A stretch of 64,000 nt of DNA from a virus. How positions within the stretch are numbered: position 1 is the stretch's first letter; each line of letters begins with the position of its first letter. Where the stretch lies: positions 52,742 through 116,741 of IMG/VR virus record IMGVR_UViG_3300023184_000048; one strand, written 5' to 3'. Below the pieces are notes generated by a model. It was not told the origin of the DNA, ran no database searches, and saw only the letters and a program-made list of their open reading frames with translations. A program made the translations under genes and the position numbers. Positions 46,880-55,918 of the stretch are shown here, piece after piece.

Positions 46880-47284
46880 ATGGCTATTAATTTCTCTCGT
46901 CTGGAAGATATTTCAAAAGCTTTGATACCTTTGAATGAATCAGGTAGATCGTTTCATACCACTTTTGTTTATCGTGGTAATAAGCTTCTGACGATTGGTA
47001 TTAATAACTATCAGAAGAGTCACAAGAGGCATATCTATGGTGAATACAAGTCCACTAGAAATCAAGGTAATTATGAAGCTGGTTGTCATGGAGAATTGGC
47101 AGCAATTATTAGGCTAGGTCTTGATGATTGTTCTGGGTTGAAGTTTATCAATGTTAGAATTAATAGGAATGGTCAACCAGCGATATCAAAACCTTGCGTT
47201 AATTGTGAGCGTATAATGAAGCAATTATTATTAAAAGAGATTTGGTATTTTGATGGTGAGAAATACGTCAAAGAGAAGTATTAA
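46880..47284 (+). CDS. Cytidine/deoxycytidylate deaminase-fold protein
   Basis: H.T......L..G.N, CHGE.AAI (HxE), SKPCVNC (PCxxC). Confidence 0.8.
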   Translation: MAINFSRLEDISKALIPLNESGRSFHTTFVYRGNKLLTIGINNYQKSHKRHIYGEYKSTRNQGNYEAGCHGELAAIIRLGLDDCSGLKFINVRINRNGQPAISKPCVNCERIMKQLLLKEIWYFDGEKYVKEKY

Positions 47285-47306
47285 AAACTAGAATAAAATA
47301 GATTAA

Positions 47307-47564
47307 ATGGAACAAGAATTATACGCATTTTGGAAATACGATCAATATCCTTACACCCTTTATGGTAAGATTGAAGAGTTTAAAGGTGATAGGGTTTATA
47401 TTAAATCATATCAGAGTTGGTTTAAACCTTTTAAGGTTGTCGAAGGGAAAGATGCTTTGAGACTTATTTCTGATTTAGACTCAATCACCTATCGTAGAAC
47501 TTGTGAAATTAATGATATCAATTTGAAGTATAAAAAAGAGTTGGATTCACTTATTAAAAACTAG
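47307..47564 (+). CDS. Hypothetical protein
   Basis: Cassette-N7-ATG. Confidence 0.75.
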   Translation: MEQELYAFWKYDQYPYTLYGKIEEFKGDRVYIKSYQSWFKPFKVVEGKDALRLISDLDSITYRRTCEINDINLKYKKELDSLIKN

Positions 47565-47578
47565 AGTATACTATAACT

Positions 47579-47950
47579 ATGACTAATCTAAAACAAACAT
47601 TGTTTGAACTGTTTGGTGATTATCTTTTAGTTCCTTGCGAATTTAATACCGAACCAACTTATTATTATACATATAATACTGATGAACTTCGTGTTGATAT
47701 TGCAGATAATTATGGTTACTATCTAGTATCGGTTGATTTAAAATCTTGTTTTAACAAAGTTAGCCAATCACCTATTCATTTTACCTTCTCTGAATATGGT
47801 AAGCTTTCAAAGCGAAAGAAGAATAGAATCAACCAAGCTGTAAGATTTCTAATGGCTAATGAAAAAGATGCTGGAACATTCTTAGGAGAGATGAAAGCAT
47901 TTGATGATCTTGGTTGGTTGACCAGAAAAGAATATTACGCAACAATTTAA
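47579..47950 (+). CDS. Hypothetical protein
   Basis: Cassette-N6-ATG. Confidence 0.75.
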   Translation: MTNLKQTLFELFGDYLLVPCEFNTEPTYYYTYNTDELRVDIADNYGYYLVSVDLKSCFNKVSQSPIHFTFSEYGKLSKRKKNRINQAVRFLMANEKDAGTFLGEMKAFDDLGWLTRKEYYATI

Positions 47951-47951
47951 T

Positions 47952-48425
47952 ATGCACGCAAATTACATCAAAGAATGTTTCAATCGTAAAGATCAAGATC
48001 AAACGATTAGAGATATTAAAACTCTGATCACCAAACATAAACTCCAATTTGATGGGTTTATCGTTACTGGTATCTCTGGAATTGTTATGGGTTCAATTCT
48101 TTGCAGAATCCTTAGAAAAGATTTAGTGATTGTTCGTAAAGATGGTGATGGAAGTCATTCTTCTTATTCTGTCGAAAACTATAAACCAAATAAGAAATAT
48201 ATTTTTCTTGATGATTTGGTTTGTAGTGGTAAAACATTCAGGAATGTTGAGGAGAAAATGAATGTGGCATTTTCCGATTTGAAATACAGTTATCTTTATC
48301 CATTTGATAAAAAGTTCGACAAGAAATCTAAGATCATTGGTAAGCTTCTTTATTCGGGGGGACCAACTTACGATCCAATACGAAAATCAATCACCAAAGT
48401 ATATCAATTAAAAACTAAAATATAA
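47952..48425 (+). CDS. Type I phosphoribosyltransferase-like protein
   Basis: IVTG.SG, VIVRK....H, YIFLDDLVCSGKT PRPP loop. Confidence 0.8.
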   Translation: MHANYIKECFNRKDQDQTIRDIKTLITKHKLQFDGFIVTGISGIVMGSILCRILRKDLVIVRKDGDGSHSSYSVENYKPNKKYIFLDDLVCSGKTFRNVEEKMNVAFSDLKYSYLYPFDKKFDKKSKIIGKLLYSGGPTYDPIRKSITKVYQLKTKI

Positions 48426-48432
48426 TAAACGT

Positions 48433-48639
48433 ATGAGAGAATATACAATCATTTGGGTTGATAGTTGGATGTCTGGTAGTCATCGTCAAAGCATAACAAA
48501 AAAGAAATTTATTAGAGCTAATTCTGTTGAAGATGTTATGAATTCTGTTTATGGTGATGCCATCATTTATCTCTTTGAAGGGTTTATTCCTACTCTCGGA
48601 GAAGAGATTACAGAAGATTCAATCGAAACAATTAATTAA
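48433..48639 (+). CDS. Hypothetical protein
   Basis: Cassette-N6-ATG. Confidence 0.75.
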   Translation: MREYTIIWVDSWMSGSHRQSITKKKFIRANSVEDVMNSVYGDAIIYLFEGFIPTLGEEITEDSIETIN

Positions 48640-48660
48640 AAACTAAAATATAATAAACGT

Positions 48661-49173
48661 ATGAGCACTACAAACATGTCACTATCTGCTAACGATATCT
48701 TTAACAAAATCCTCGACTCTCGCGGACGTTTCGTTAAGGTTCGTTATAAGAGTAATCCTTCTACCAAGGCTGAATTTAAGGGTGTTAATCTTGAGAAGGT
48801 TACTACTACTATCATTCAAGCTGGTGTGGCTTATGAGAACCTTAAAACTGTTAAGGAAGCTATTGCATCTGGTGAACGTGATGAAGTTGGTGAACTTCCA
48901 TGGGGAGAATGGCTCGTTGTGGATGATAAGAGTTTCTATCCATACCTCATTACTCATAAAGATACTTTGTATCTTCGTATGACTCCTTCACAAACTGGTA
49001 ATCATAAGGGTGAAACTCATTACTTTGTTGATGGTGTGGAAGTTGATAAGGATAAGTTTGCTGGCTATCTCACTAACTCAGAAGCCAAGAAACTTCTTGA
49101 GAAGTCTGAAGGTCCAGTGGTTTATAACATCAAGTTGGATAATCTTCTTGATCTTCCAATTGCAGTTGATTAA
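48661..49173 (+). CDS. Conserved phage hypothetical protein
   Basis: Cassette-N6-ATG; LPWGEW...YP.LI.HK..YLR. Confidence 0.8.
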   Translation: MSTTNMSLSANDIFNKILDSRGRFVKVRYKSNPSTKAEFKGVNLEKVTTTIIQAGVAYENLKTVKEAIASGERDEVGELPWGEWLVVDDKSFYPYLITHKDTLYLRMTPSQTGNHKGETHYFVDGVEVDKDKFAGYLTNSEAKKLLEKSEGPVVYNIKLDNLLDLPIAVD

Positions 49174-49177
49174 TATT

Positions 49178-49363
49178 ATGAAATTCGATAAAAATATATA
49201 TGCTTATGAATTAGGTTATGGTCATGCTGATGGGTTCCATTATCCTCATGATGGAAAGAATCATAATCCTTATGAAAAGAATTCAAAACAATTTGATCAA
49301 TACGAAGATGGGTATAATGAATGGCTTGACAGGAATTTACACTATTCAAAATGCGCTGATTAA
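49178..49363 (+). CDS. Small protein with ribosome-modulation-factor-like NPY..Y..GY pattern
   Basis: AY.LGY..A....NPY......Y..GY; family assignment is weak. Confidence 0.5.
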   Translation: MKFDKNIYAYELGYGHADGFHYPHDGKNHNPYEKNSKQFDQYEDGYNEWLDRNLHYSKCAD

Positions 49364-49384
49364 AAACTAAACTATAATACTCAT

Positions 49385-49816
49385 ATGAAGATTACCAATC
49401 AACTATCGGAAAACGAATTTGTTATTGATCTTGGAGATACTCCAGTAGATAATAAGAATACTCATGTTTTAGTTGCTCATGATTATGTGATGTTTAAGAA
49501 ATTGGGAGTTATCTCAACCGATGATTCAAAGTATGAGAAAGACATCTATGGTAAGCATGGATTTTTGTCAAATGGTGTAAAGATTCCTGTGTTGTGCCAA
49601 GTTGGTATCAATCAAATGGGAAGTGTTATTGTTCCTATGCTTAATGAAAGAAAGGAAATGAAGACCGAACATTATAGTCGCTATACTTATAATGATACCA
49701 CTGTGACATTCTTCAATGAAGCTGGGGAGAAGATGATTGCTATTCCTGATGGAAATGGTGGGTTTGAAACTATCAGTGTTGCTCTTTATCAAAAGATTAA
49801 GAGCCTCAAGGATTAA
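49385..49816 (+). CDS. Hypothetical protein
   Basis: Cassette-N6-ATG. Confidence 0.75.
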   Translation: MKITNQLSENEFVIDLGDTPVDNKNTHVLVAHDYVMFKKLGVISTDDSKYEKDIYGKHGFLSNGVKIPVLCQVGINQMGSVIVPMLNERKEMKTEHYSRYTYNDTTVTFFNEAGEKMIAIPDGNGGFETISVALYQKIKSLKD

Positions 49817-49837
49817 AAACTAAACTATAATACTCAT

Positions 49838-50122
49838 ATGAATAACGAAGATAAGATTGATTTATTATTAGAAATTGTATGGTATGGTATCCATTGGGCT
49901 GAAGATAATATCAGTGAGAATCCTCATGATGGTAGTATGACGACAATAGCACATCAAATTGCTTGTTGTATCTGTCAATGGTATAATATTGATGGAGTTC
50001 CAACTAGTGAGACATATGATTCTTTGAATTTTGATAATCTCACAACCAAAGAAAAGTTAAAACATGATTTGGTTAATTGGATCTCCCTCTTACAAGAGGA
50101 TCATTATGCTGCTACTCATTGA
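49838..50122 (+). CDS. Hypothetical protein
   Basis: Cassette-N6-ATG. Confidence 0.75.
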   Translation: MNNEDKIDLLLEIVWYGIHWAEDNISENPHDGSMTTIAHQIACCICQWYNIDGVPTSETYDSLNFDNLTTKEKLKHDLVNWISLLQEDHYAATH

Positions 50123-50127
50123 TTGAT

Positions 50128-50322
50128 ATGTCTCCTAAATTCTATAACAATCTTCTCTATTATTGTTCAACAATTAGAGATACTTCCGAAAGTGCTGAAA
50201 CATTAGCACAAGAATTCTTAATAAAATTCAGTAATTTATCAAAATGGAATCAGGTTAATATTTCACTTATTATTGATAATGAAGGATTTGAAAAAGCATT
50301 TGAAGAAATAGAAAATTTATAA
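50128..50322 (+). CDS. Hypothetical protein
   Basis: Start refined. Confidence 0.6.
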   Translation: MSPKFYNNLLYYCSTIRDTSESAETLAQEFLIKFSNLSKWNQVNISLIIDNEGFEKAFEEIENL

Positions 50323-50544
50323 AGCCGTTCAACCTAATCAGTTGATAGTCAGAGGTGAAAACTAGATGATGAGAAATGGTGTGATAACCATAAAACACTG
50401 TGGCAATGCTCGTAATGATGGAAGCGTTAGTTGTGATATAATGGAGTTCAAAAGACTTTGAAGTTGTATCAAGTCTTCGGATAAGCAACCCATCTTTAAA
50501 TTTCAAATAAAATCATTCATTAAAAACTAAACTATAATACTGAT

Positions 50545-50838
50545 ATGAGAAAGATCACAAAACAAACTGTCGAAGCATTTGAAAATAATAAGAATTTTAA
50601 ATCTGGTAATATGGAAGTTTCTTCTGATCAATTTACTAATCGGATGTGGCTTCATGGAAATCTTATTGCATTGAAAGATCATGTGAATAATGTTTTCAAA
50701 GTATCTTTGGCTGGATGGAATACTCCTACCACAAGAGATCGTCTTAATGGTATTACTGGTGTATCCATTCATACTAAGAATGGACAAGCTTACCTTAATG
50801 GTAATAAGATGGATAATAATTATTGGTATATCATCTAA
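50545..50838 (+). CDS. Conserved phage hypothetical protein
   Basis: MRKIT...AF....GN..V....LHGNLIA..AGW.T.TT..RLN. Confidence 0.8.
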   Translation: MRKITKQTVEAFENNKNFKSGNMEVSSDQFTNRMWLHGNLIALKDHVNNVFKVSLAGWNTPTTRDRLNGITGVSIHTKNGQAYLNGNKMDNNYWYII

Positions 50839-51014
50839 TGAATCCTAAACTTAAAAAAGCTTTATTTGATGCTGAAAGTGTGGCTCACTTACAAGGTTAT
50901 GAATGGTATATCTTACCATTATCAGACACAGCAAGACTTATGTATCAACTTCTTATTGATAATGGTGTTGATGTGGATAAGGCAATTGATGAATCAGATA
51001 TTAGATTTAGTTAG
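50838..51014 (+). CDS. Hypothetical protein
   Basis: TAATG overlap. Confidence 0.65.
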   Translation: MNPKLKKALFDAESVAHLQGYEWYILPLSDTARLMYQLLIDNGVDVDKAIDESDIRFS

Positions 51015-51052
51015 ATTAAAAATAAACAACAAATAAAATAGAAGCAAAAAAT

Positions 51053-51502
51053 ATGGCACAACCCGTAAAGAAAATAGTAAGAAAGAAAGTAGTTGCTAAA
51101 ACACAAGAGCAAAAATATACAGAACTTCAAAATTTGATGGTTGAGTTTTTTGGTCTTGAAGTTGGTGATAGTGTTCAAGTTATCAGTGAAGTTGAAGAGA
51201 ATGAAAGTGGTTCTTGTAGCGACCAATCCAATAATATTGGAGAGATTTTGGCAATTGAAGACATTTCTATTGATGGTATATTTCTTTCAGATGAAAATTG
51301 GTATCCAGTATATGCTCTTAAGAAAGATTTAAATAGTTTCAAAATCAATGATGATTATACCGCACAAATTGATGATGATGGTTCTGTAATTATTGGTTGC
51401 ACTACTGTTGGCTTTGATCTTCTTACTAAGATTTATACTGCTGCATTGGCCAAGCATGAAGAGTATATTGATATTTTTGACGATGAAAACTATAACTCTT
51501 GA
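51053..51502 (+). CDS. Hypothetical protein
   Basis: ORF track. Confidence 0.75.
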   Translation: MAQPVKKIVRKKVVAKTQEQKYTELQNLMVEFFGLEVGDSVQVISEVEENESGSCSDQSNNIGEILAIEDISIDGIFLSDENWYPVYALKKDLNSFKINDDYTAQIDDDGSVIIGCTTVGFDLLTKIYTAALAKHEEYIDIFDDENYNS

Positions 51503-51755
51503 TCAATTCAGAGAACTAATCAAATCTGCTTATACTCTTGAAGTTGATGGATTAATTGTTCAATCATATTGTATCTTTGATAATCCAGAAAATGAATTCT
51601 TCCTATGGATTTCTTTAGATAATAACTTATTCATTAAGTTCTATTCAGATGATAATCAAGAAATTAGACATGATGAAAAGGGTCTGTATCTGATGGATGA
51701 ATTGGGAATCATTTTTGCGGTGATGCCAATTATGAAGGAAATTTTAAATGATTAA
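51483..51755 (+). CDS. Hypothetical protein
   Basis: Start refined. Confidence 0.7.
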   Translation: MKTITLDQFRELIKSAYTLEVDGLIVQSYCIFDNPENEFFLWISLDNNLFIKFYSDDNQEIRHDEKGLYLMDELGIIFAVMPIMKEILND

Positions 51756-51778
51756 AAACTAAACTATAATACACTTAT

Positions 51779-51964
51779 ATGAAAACACAATTCGTCGCAC
51801 CACAAAAGAGTCTTATCAGTTCGTGGAAGCATGAAGCTTTCACTAAGCCTAAGAAAACTGTGGAAATGATTAAGAAGTCTCTTGGCAATAAGCCTCAAAG
51901 TTTGATTTATATCAGGGGAAGTGTTGCCAAGGCTGGTAATGCCGAACATAGCAATCTTTATTAA
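51779..51964 (+). CDS. Hypothetical basic protein
   Basis: Cassette-N8-ATG. Confidence 0.65.
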   Translation: MKTQFVAPQKSLISSWKHEAFTKPKKTVEMIKKSLGNKPQSLIYIRGSVAKAGNAEHSNLY

Positions 51965-51975
51965 TCTTAAAATAC

Positions 51976-52185
51976 ATGTCAAATAATAAACAAGGAAGTT
52001 TAGGTAATATACTTGCAGCGATTTGTAGCTTTTTTATTCCCGGATTAGGTCAATTATTTCAGGGAAGATTGATGATTGCAATTGTTCAATTTGTATTGAC
52101 AATTATGCTTTGGTGTATATTGTTGGGTTGGATTATTCATATCTGGTCAATTATTGATGCTGCAAAGTTTAATCCCGCAGATTAA
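51976..52185 (+). CDS. Small TM2-like membrane protein
   Basis: LAAICSFFIPGLGQL.QGR...I...H.WSI.DA, a common bacterial membrane family. Confidence 0.75.
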   Translation: MSNNKQGSLGNILAAICSFFIPGLGQLFQGRLMIAIVQFVLTIMLWCILLGWIIHIWSIIDAAKFNPAD

Positions 52186-52206
52186 AAACTAAACTATAAT
52201 ACTCAT

Positions 52207-52647
52207 ATGAACAAAATCAAATTTGAGCAGGAATTGGTTCTTTCTAATTCATATAGTTCCAAGAATATTGGTAAACATATCAATGAAATGGAGCTTCGTA
52301 TTCATCCTCATGGCAAGTCTGGTTGTATCATTTGGAATTATTGGCCAGAGAATGATGAAGATAACATGGATGAAACTGTTATTGGTCTTTGGTTCAATGG
52401 TAATGAAGAAGTCGAAGATTATGATGGTGTCTTTGAACTTCCTACCGAAGCTTTAAAACTTATTCGTGATAATGGATATGGGTTTAATGAAGATATGAGG
52501 GAAAGTTATCCTGATCCCACACCAGAATTTACCAAAGAATATGTCAAAGGTATTCTGGGAAATCTTCTCAATGAAACAAAGTCTGATAACTGGGATTGGA
52601 ATGGTAAAAAGACTTTGATGATTCTTGCTGAAAGATTGGGTGTTTGA
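52207..52647 (+). CDS. Hypothetical protein
   Basis: Cassette-N6-ATG. Confidence 0.75.
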   Translation: MNKIKFEQELVLSNSYSSKNIGKHINEMELRIHPHGKSGCIIWNYWPENDEDNMDETVIGLWFNGNEEVEDYDGVFELPTEALKLIRDNGYGFNEDMRESYPDPTPEFTKEYVKGILGNLLNETKSDNWDWNGKKTLMILAERLGV

Positions 52648-52658
52648 GTAAATGATCT

Positions 52659-52766
52659 TATCACCAAGGGATTTGAATATCTCATAATAGCTTAATTAAA
52701 GCCTTCGTATAGTAACGATGAGTTCTGGTAATAATCCAGTTATGAGTAAAAAATCCCTTGGTGATA
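52659..52766 (+). ncRNA. Cloverleaf RNA mounted on a perfect 16-bp stem
   Basis: TATCACCAAGGGATTT/AAATCCCTTGGTGATA; CTCATAA/TTATGAG; GCTT/AAGC; TCGT/ACGA; CTGG-N7-CCAG. Confidence 0.65.
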
Positions 52767-52795
52767 TTCTTTAAAAACTAAACTACAAAAAGAGT

Positions 52796-52978
52796 ATGAG
52801 TCGTTCAAAGAAGAAAGATTATCCTAATATATTTGATTCTCGTAGATTTGATTGGAGTTGTAGGAATCATGGTTCATGTTGCTATTGCCAACATAATAGA
52901 ATATTCTTTGATGAGAAAGCTAGAGCTAAAGCTGATTTAAAAGAACAAGAAAAAGATTATCAATACTTAGAAGATTGA
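52796..52978 (+). CDS. Conserved small phage protein
   Basis: MSRS.K..Y...S.RFD.SCRNHG.C.YC..NR. Confidence 0.75.
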   Translation: MSRSKKKDYPNIFDSRRFDWSCRNHGSCCYCQHNRIFFDEKARAKADLKEQEKDYQYLED

Positions 52979-53025
52979 TTAAAAACTAGGTTAAAATAGT
53001 AACGTAAGCGAAACCACTACTTATT

Positions 53026-54552
53026 ATGCAAGATACACTTCAACAAATCGCTATTTATGATTGGGTTAAGAATCCTAATCCTGCTAAAAAGAATCTTATT
53101 GTTAAGGCTAGGGCGGGTTCTGGTAAGTCTAGTTCTGCTTGTAAGGCTATGCAGTATATTACTGGTAGTGGTCTTATGTTGGCCTTTAATGCTATGGCTG
53201 CTAATGAGCTTAAAACTAAGCTTATGAATATGGCTTTGCCTAATGTCACAGCTTCGACTTTTCATGCTGCTGGTAAAGGGATGCTCTATAAGGCTTTTGG
53301 TTATCATAAGGTCAATGCATCTAAGGTATATTTCATTACTGAGAATTATTGTCAAAGTGAAACACTAACTTATGCTCGTAATTTTATTGCGAAGTTGGTT
53401 GGGTTTGCTAAACAAAATGCCTTTGGAGTTAAAGGTGAAACTCTTATTAGTGATACACAAGCATGGATGGACATTATTGCTCATCATGATATTACTCTTG
53501 AGGCTGATGTTGATTTCCTCACTGTAATTGAGATTGCCAAGGATGTATTGATTGAGTCTAATAAAGATTTGAAGTGTATCGACTTTGATGATATGTTATA
53601 TCTTCCATTGATTTATGATGTGAAGTGTGATCAATACGATTGGCTTGTTGTTGATGAAGCTCAGGACACCAACCTTTGCAGGAAGATTCTTGCTCGTAAA
53701 CTTCTTAAAATTAGTGGTCGTGGTATTTTTATTGGAGACGATTTTCAAGCAATCTATCAATTCTGTGGAGCTGAGAGTAATTCTTTAGATCTTATTGCTG
53801 AGATGTTTGATTGTGAAGAATTACCACTGTCAGTCTCATTCCGTTGTGGTAAAAAGATTATCGAATCTGCTCAATTTTATTGCCCTGATATTCAGGCATT
53901 CGATAGTAATTCTGAAGGATCTATTACATACACAAAATATCAGGAGTTTGTTGATAATGCTCTCAACATTAAACTTGACAGAAGTGTGGGGATTCTTTGT
54001 AGGAATAATGCTCCTAATGTTGCACTTGCATTCGCCTTAATAAAGCAAGGAATAGGATGCAGGATCGAGGGAAGAGATATTGGTAATGATCTCAAGAAGC
54101 TTGTTAAGAAATGGAAGCGTGTCACTGATCTTGATCAATTCACTATTAAGCTTACTGAATTCTTCACCAAAGAATTTGAAAAGGCTAACTATGCTAAGAT
54201 GCAACTTCTTGAGGATAAGTTAGATGTTATGATCGTGCTCATTGAACGTGTGCAAAGTCTCGGTAAGAATGATATGTATTCTTTGGAGAAATTGATCACG
54301 GATATGTTTACCGACTCCACCGATGATAATGTTCCCAACGTGGTGACACTTAGTTCTATTCATAAGGCCAAAGGATTGGAGTGGGATACTTGTTACATGC
54401 TTGATATGCAACAATTTATCCCTTCTCGTTATGCAAAGCAACAATGGGAATTAGATTCCGAAAATTGCCTAGCTTATGTTGGTATTACTCGCGCAAGACA
54501 CGAATTGATTCACCTCACGGATGCACCTAAAAGAAGGAATAAAGAAGATTAA
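53026..54552 (+). CDS. UvrD/Rep-like SF1 DNA helicase
   Basis: ARAGSGKS, LAFN, TFHA.G, DFDDML, VDEAQD, GDDFQAIY.F.GA, LSVSFRC, LCRNN, SSIHKAKGLEW, YVGITRAR. Confidence 0.92.
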   Translation: MQDTLQQIAIYDWVKNPNPAKKNLIVKARAGSGKSSSACKAMQYITGSGLMLAFNAMAANELKTKLMNMALPNVTASTFHAAGKGMLYKAFGYHKVNASKVYFITENYCQSETLTYARNFIAKLVGFAKQNAFGVKGETLISDTQAWMDIIAHHDITLEADVDFLTVIEIAKDVLIESNKDLKCIDFDDMLYLPLIYDVKCDQYDWLVVDEAQDTNLCRKILARKLLKISGRGIFIGDDFQAIYQFCGAESNSLDLIAEMFDCEELPLSVSFRCGKKIIESAQFYCPDIQAFDSNSEGSITYTKYQEFVDNALNIKLDRSVGILCRNNAPNVALAFALIKQGIGCRIEGRDIGNDLKKLVKKWKRVTDLDQFTIKLTEFFTKEFEKANYAKMQLLEDKLDVMIVLIERVQSLGKNDMYSLEKLITDMFTDSTDDNVPNVVTLSSIHKAKGLEWDTCYMLDMQQFIPSRYAKQQWELDSENCLAYVGITRARHELIHLTDAPKRRNKED

Positions 54553-54576
54553 ATGTTGCATCTGTAATCTGCCGTG

Positions 54577-54582
54577 TAAATA
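54577..54582 (+). promoter_or_regulatory. Late-type promoter TAAATA, 5 nt before ATG 54588
   Basis: GTAAATA-TATAC-ATG. Confidence 0.6.
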
Positions 54583-54587
54583 TATAC

Positions 54588-55403
54588 ATGACAGATAATA
54601 TAAACAATGTCGAGACAGCAATCAAGAATGGTAAGTTCAAAGTAATCTCCAGACCAATAATTCCCATAGAAGATTTAAAGGTTGGAGATTATCTTTCATC
54701 TTATCATTTTGCAGATTCCGCTGTATATGCTAGGATATTGAAATCTATTGATAAGGTTTCCTACTCTGGGAAAGTATTGGTTGTGAGTGTTGATAATAAT
54801 ATTGTCAGACTAACTCCAGATAATGATTGTTTGGTTAGATATAGATGTAGAGAGAATGATCATTGCGTTTATGTAATGAAAAAGGGGAAAGCTTTCAGAG
54901 TTGGTATGAGTAAGATATGGCATGAGGATAATGGATGTGGTCCTTATAAAAGATTGGTTGAAGAGTCTGGTGATGAGTCTTGGATTTTAGGTATATTTCC
55001 ATCAAGAAGACATGCCCTTTTAGAAGAAGCGAAAGTATCAATAAGATTTAGATTACCCCAAACTATGTTTTCCTATAAAGAAGGTCGAGGATCATGGACA
55101 CAAGAAGAATTTGATGATGTTTGGGGTGAAGTTGATAATTATGAAGACGCTAAGAAAGCCTTAGAGTATTACAATAGAGATATTAACTATCCCTATTTTG
55201 ATAGATCTAAATTACACACTTCTATAAAAAGACCTCATGTTGTAAAGGCTTGTAATATTTTAAAAAATTCCGAAATGTTTATCCGCAACAAAAAGTGGAT
55301 GAACATTGATATCTCGGAGGATACTTATGAAGGTGATATCTATAAACTAATTGTTGATAAAGATAACAACTATTTTCTGAACAATATCTTAATTAAAAAC
55401 TAA
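54588..55403 (+). CDS. Free-standing intein-like (Hint) protein with internal GIY-YIG-like endonuclease
   Basis: PIEDLKVGD, YSGK, LTPD (block B, His lost), VYVMKKG..FRVG endonuclease, YEGDIYKL.V....NYFLNNILIKN* (blocks F/G). Confidence 0.7.
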   Translation: MTDNINNVETAIKNGKFKVISRPIIPIEDLKVGDYLSSYHFADSAVYARILKSIDKVSYSGKVLVVSVDNNIVRLTPDNDCLVRYRCRENDHCVYVMKKGKAFRVGMSKIWHEDNGCGPYKRLVEESGDESWILGIFPSRRHALLEEAKVSIRFRLPQTMFSYKEGRGSWTQEEFDDVWGEVDNYEDAKKALEYYNRDINYPYFDRSKLHTSIKRPHVVKACNILKNSEMFIRNKKWMNIDISEDTYEGDIYKLIVDKDNNYFLNNILIKN

Positions 55404-55420
55404 CCTAAAATACTAATATC

Positions 55421-55711
55421 ATGAACTTCATTCGATATGACAAGTATAAACTAGGTAGGTGGAATCATGATCCTAGATATCAAATGAGTATCATCGGAGA
55501 GATTGATGATATGTATATCGTCTGGGATCATGACTTCTGTATCTTTACCACTTGGATGAAGAGGAATGTCACTATCATAGATAACTCTGATGATGTGAAC
55601 TTTCAGAATGCTTATTGCATTTATATCAAAGGTGTTTATCATAGTATTAGAAAATTTGAAGACAAACTAAAAGATGCTGTTGAGAGGGAATTATCATTCA
55701 TTAAAAACTGA
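55421..55711 (+). CDS. Hypothetical protein
   Basis: Cassette-N9-ATG. Confidence 0.75.
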   Translation: MNFIRYDKYKLGRWNHDPRYQMSIIGEIDDMYIVWDHDFCIFTTWMKRNVTIIDNSDDVNFQNAYCIYIKGVYHSIRKFEDKLKDAVERELSFIKN

Positions 55712-55725
55712 AGTAAAATACTTAC

Positions 55726-55905
55726 ATGAAGCGTCAACAAATGATTTCTTATCTTGAAGGTATTATTTATACCGCAAATCTTCTTAAAGAGGATGTCAAT
55801 CTAAAACTTCCTGATAATTATGAGGATGAATTATTATCAGAGTTGGAAAGGATTGAGAATGACTTGGATTCAATTCAGGATTATATCAAAGATCCAATTC
55901 CTTAA
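55726..55905 (+). CDS. Hypothetical small protein (59 aa)
   Basis: Cassette-N6-ATG. Confidence 0.7.
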   Translation: MKRQQMISYLEGIIYTANLLKEDVNLKLPDNYEDELLSELERIENDLDSIQDYIKDPIP

Positions 55906-55918
55906 CAATCAATAACTT

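Noticed and set aside
47952-48425. NAD+ reconstitution (NARP) anti-defence pathway
   Set aside because: The PRTase is small and no nicotinamide phosphoribosyltransferase-like partner is seen in the window
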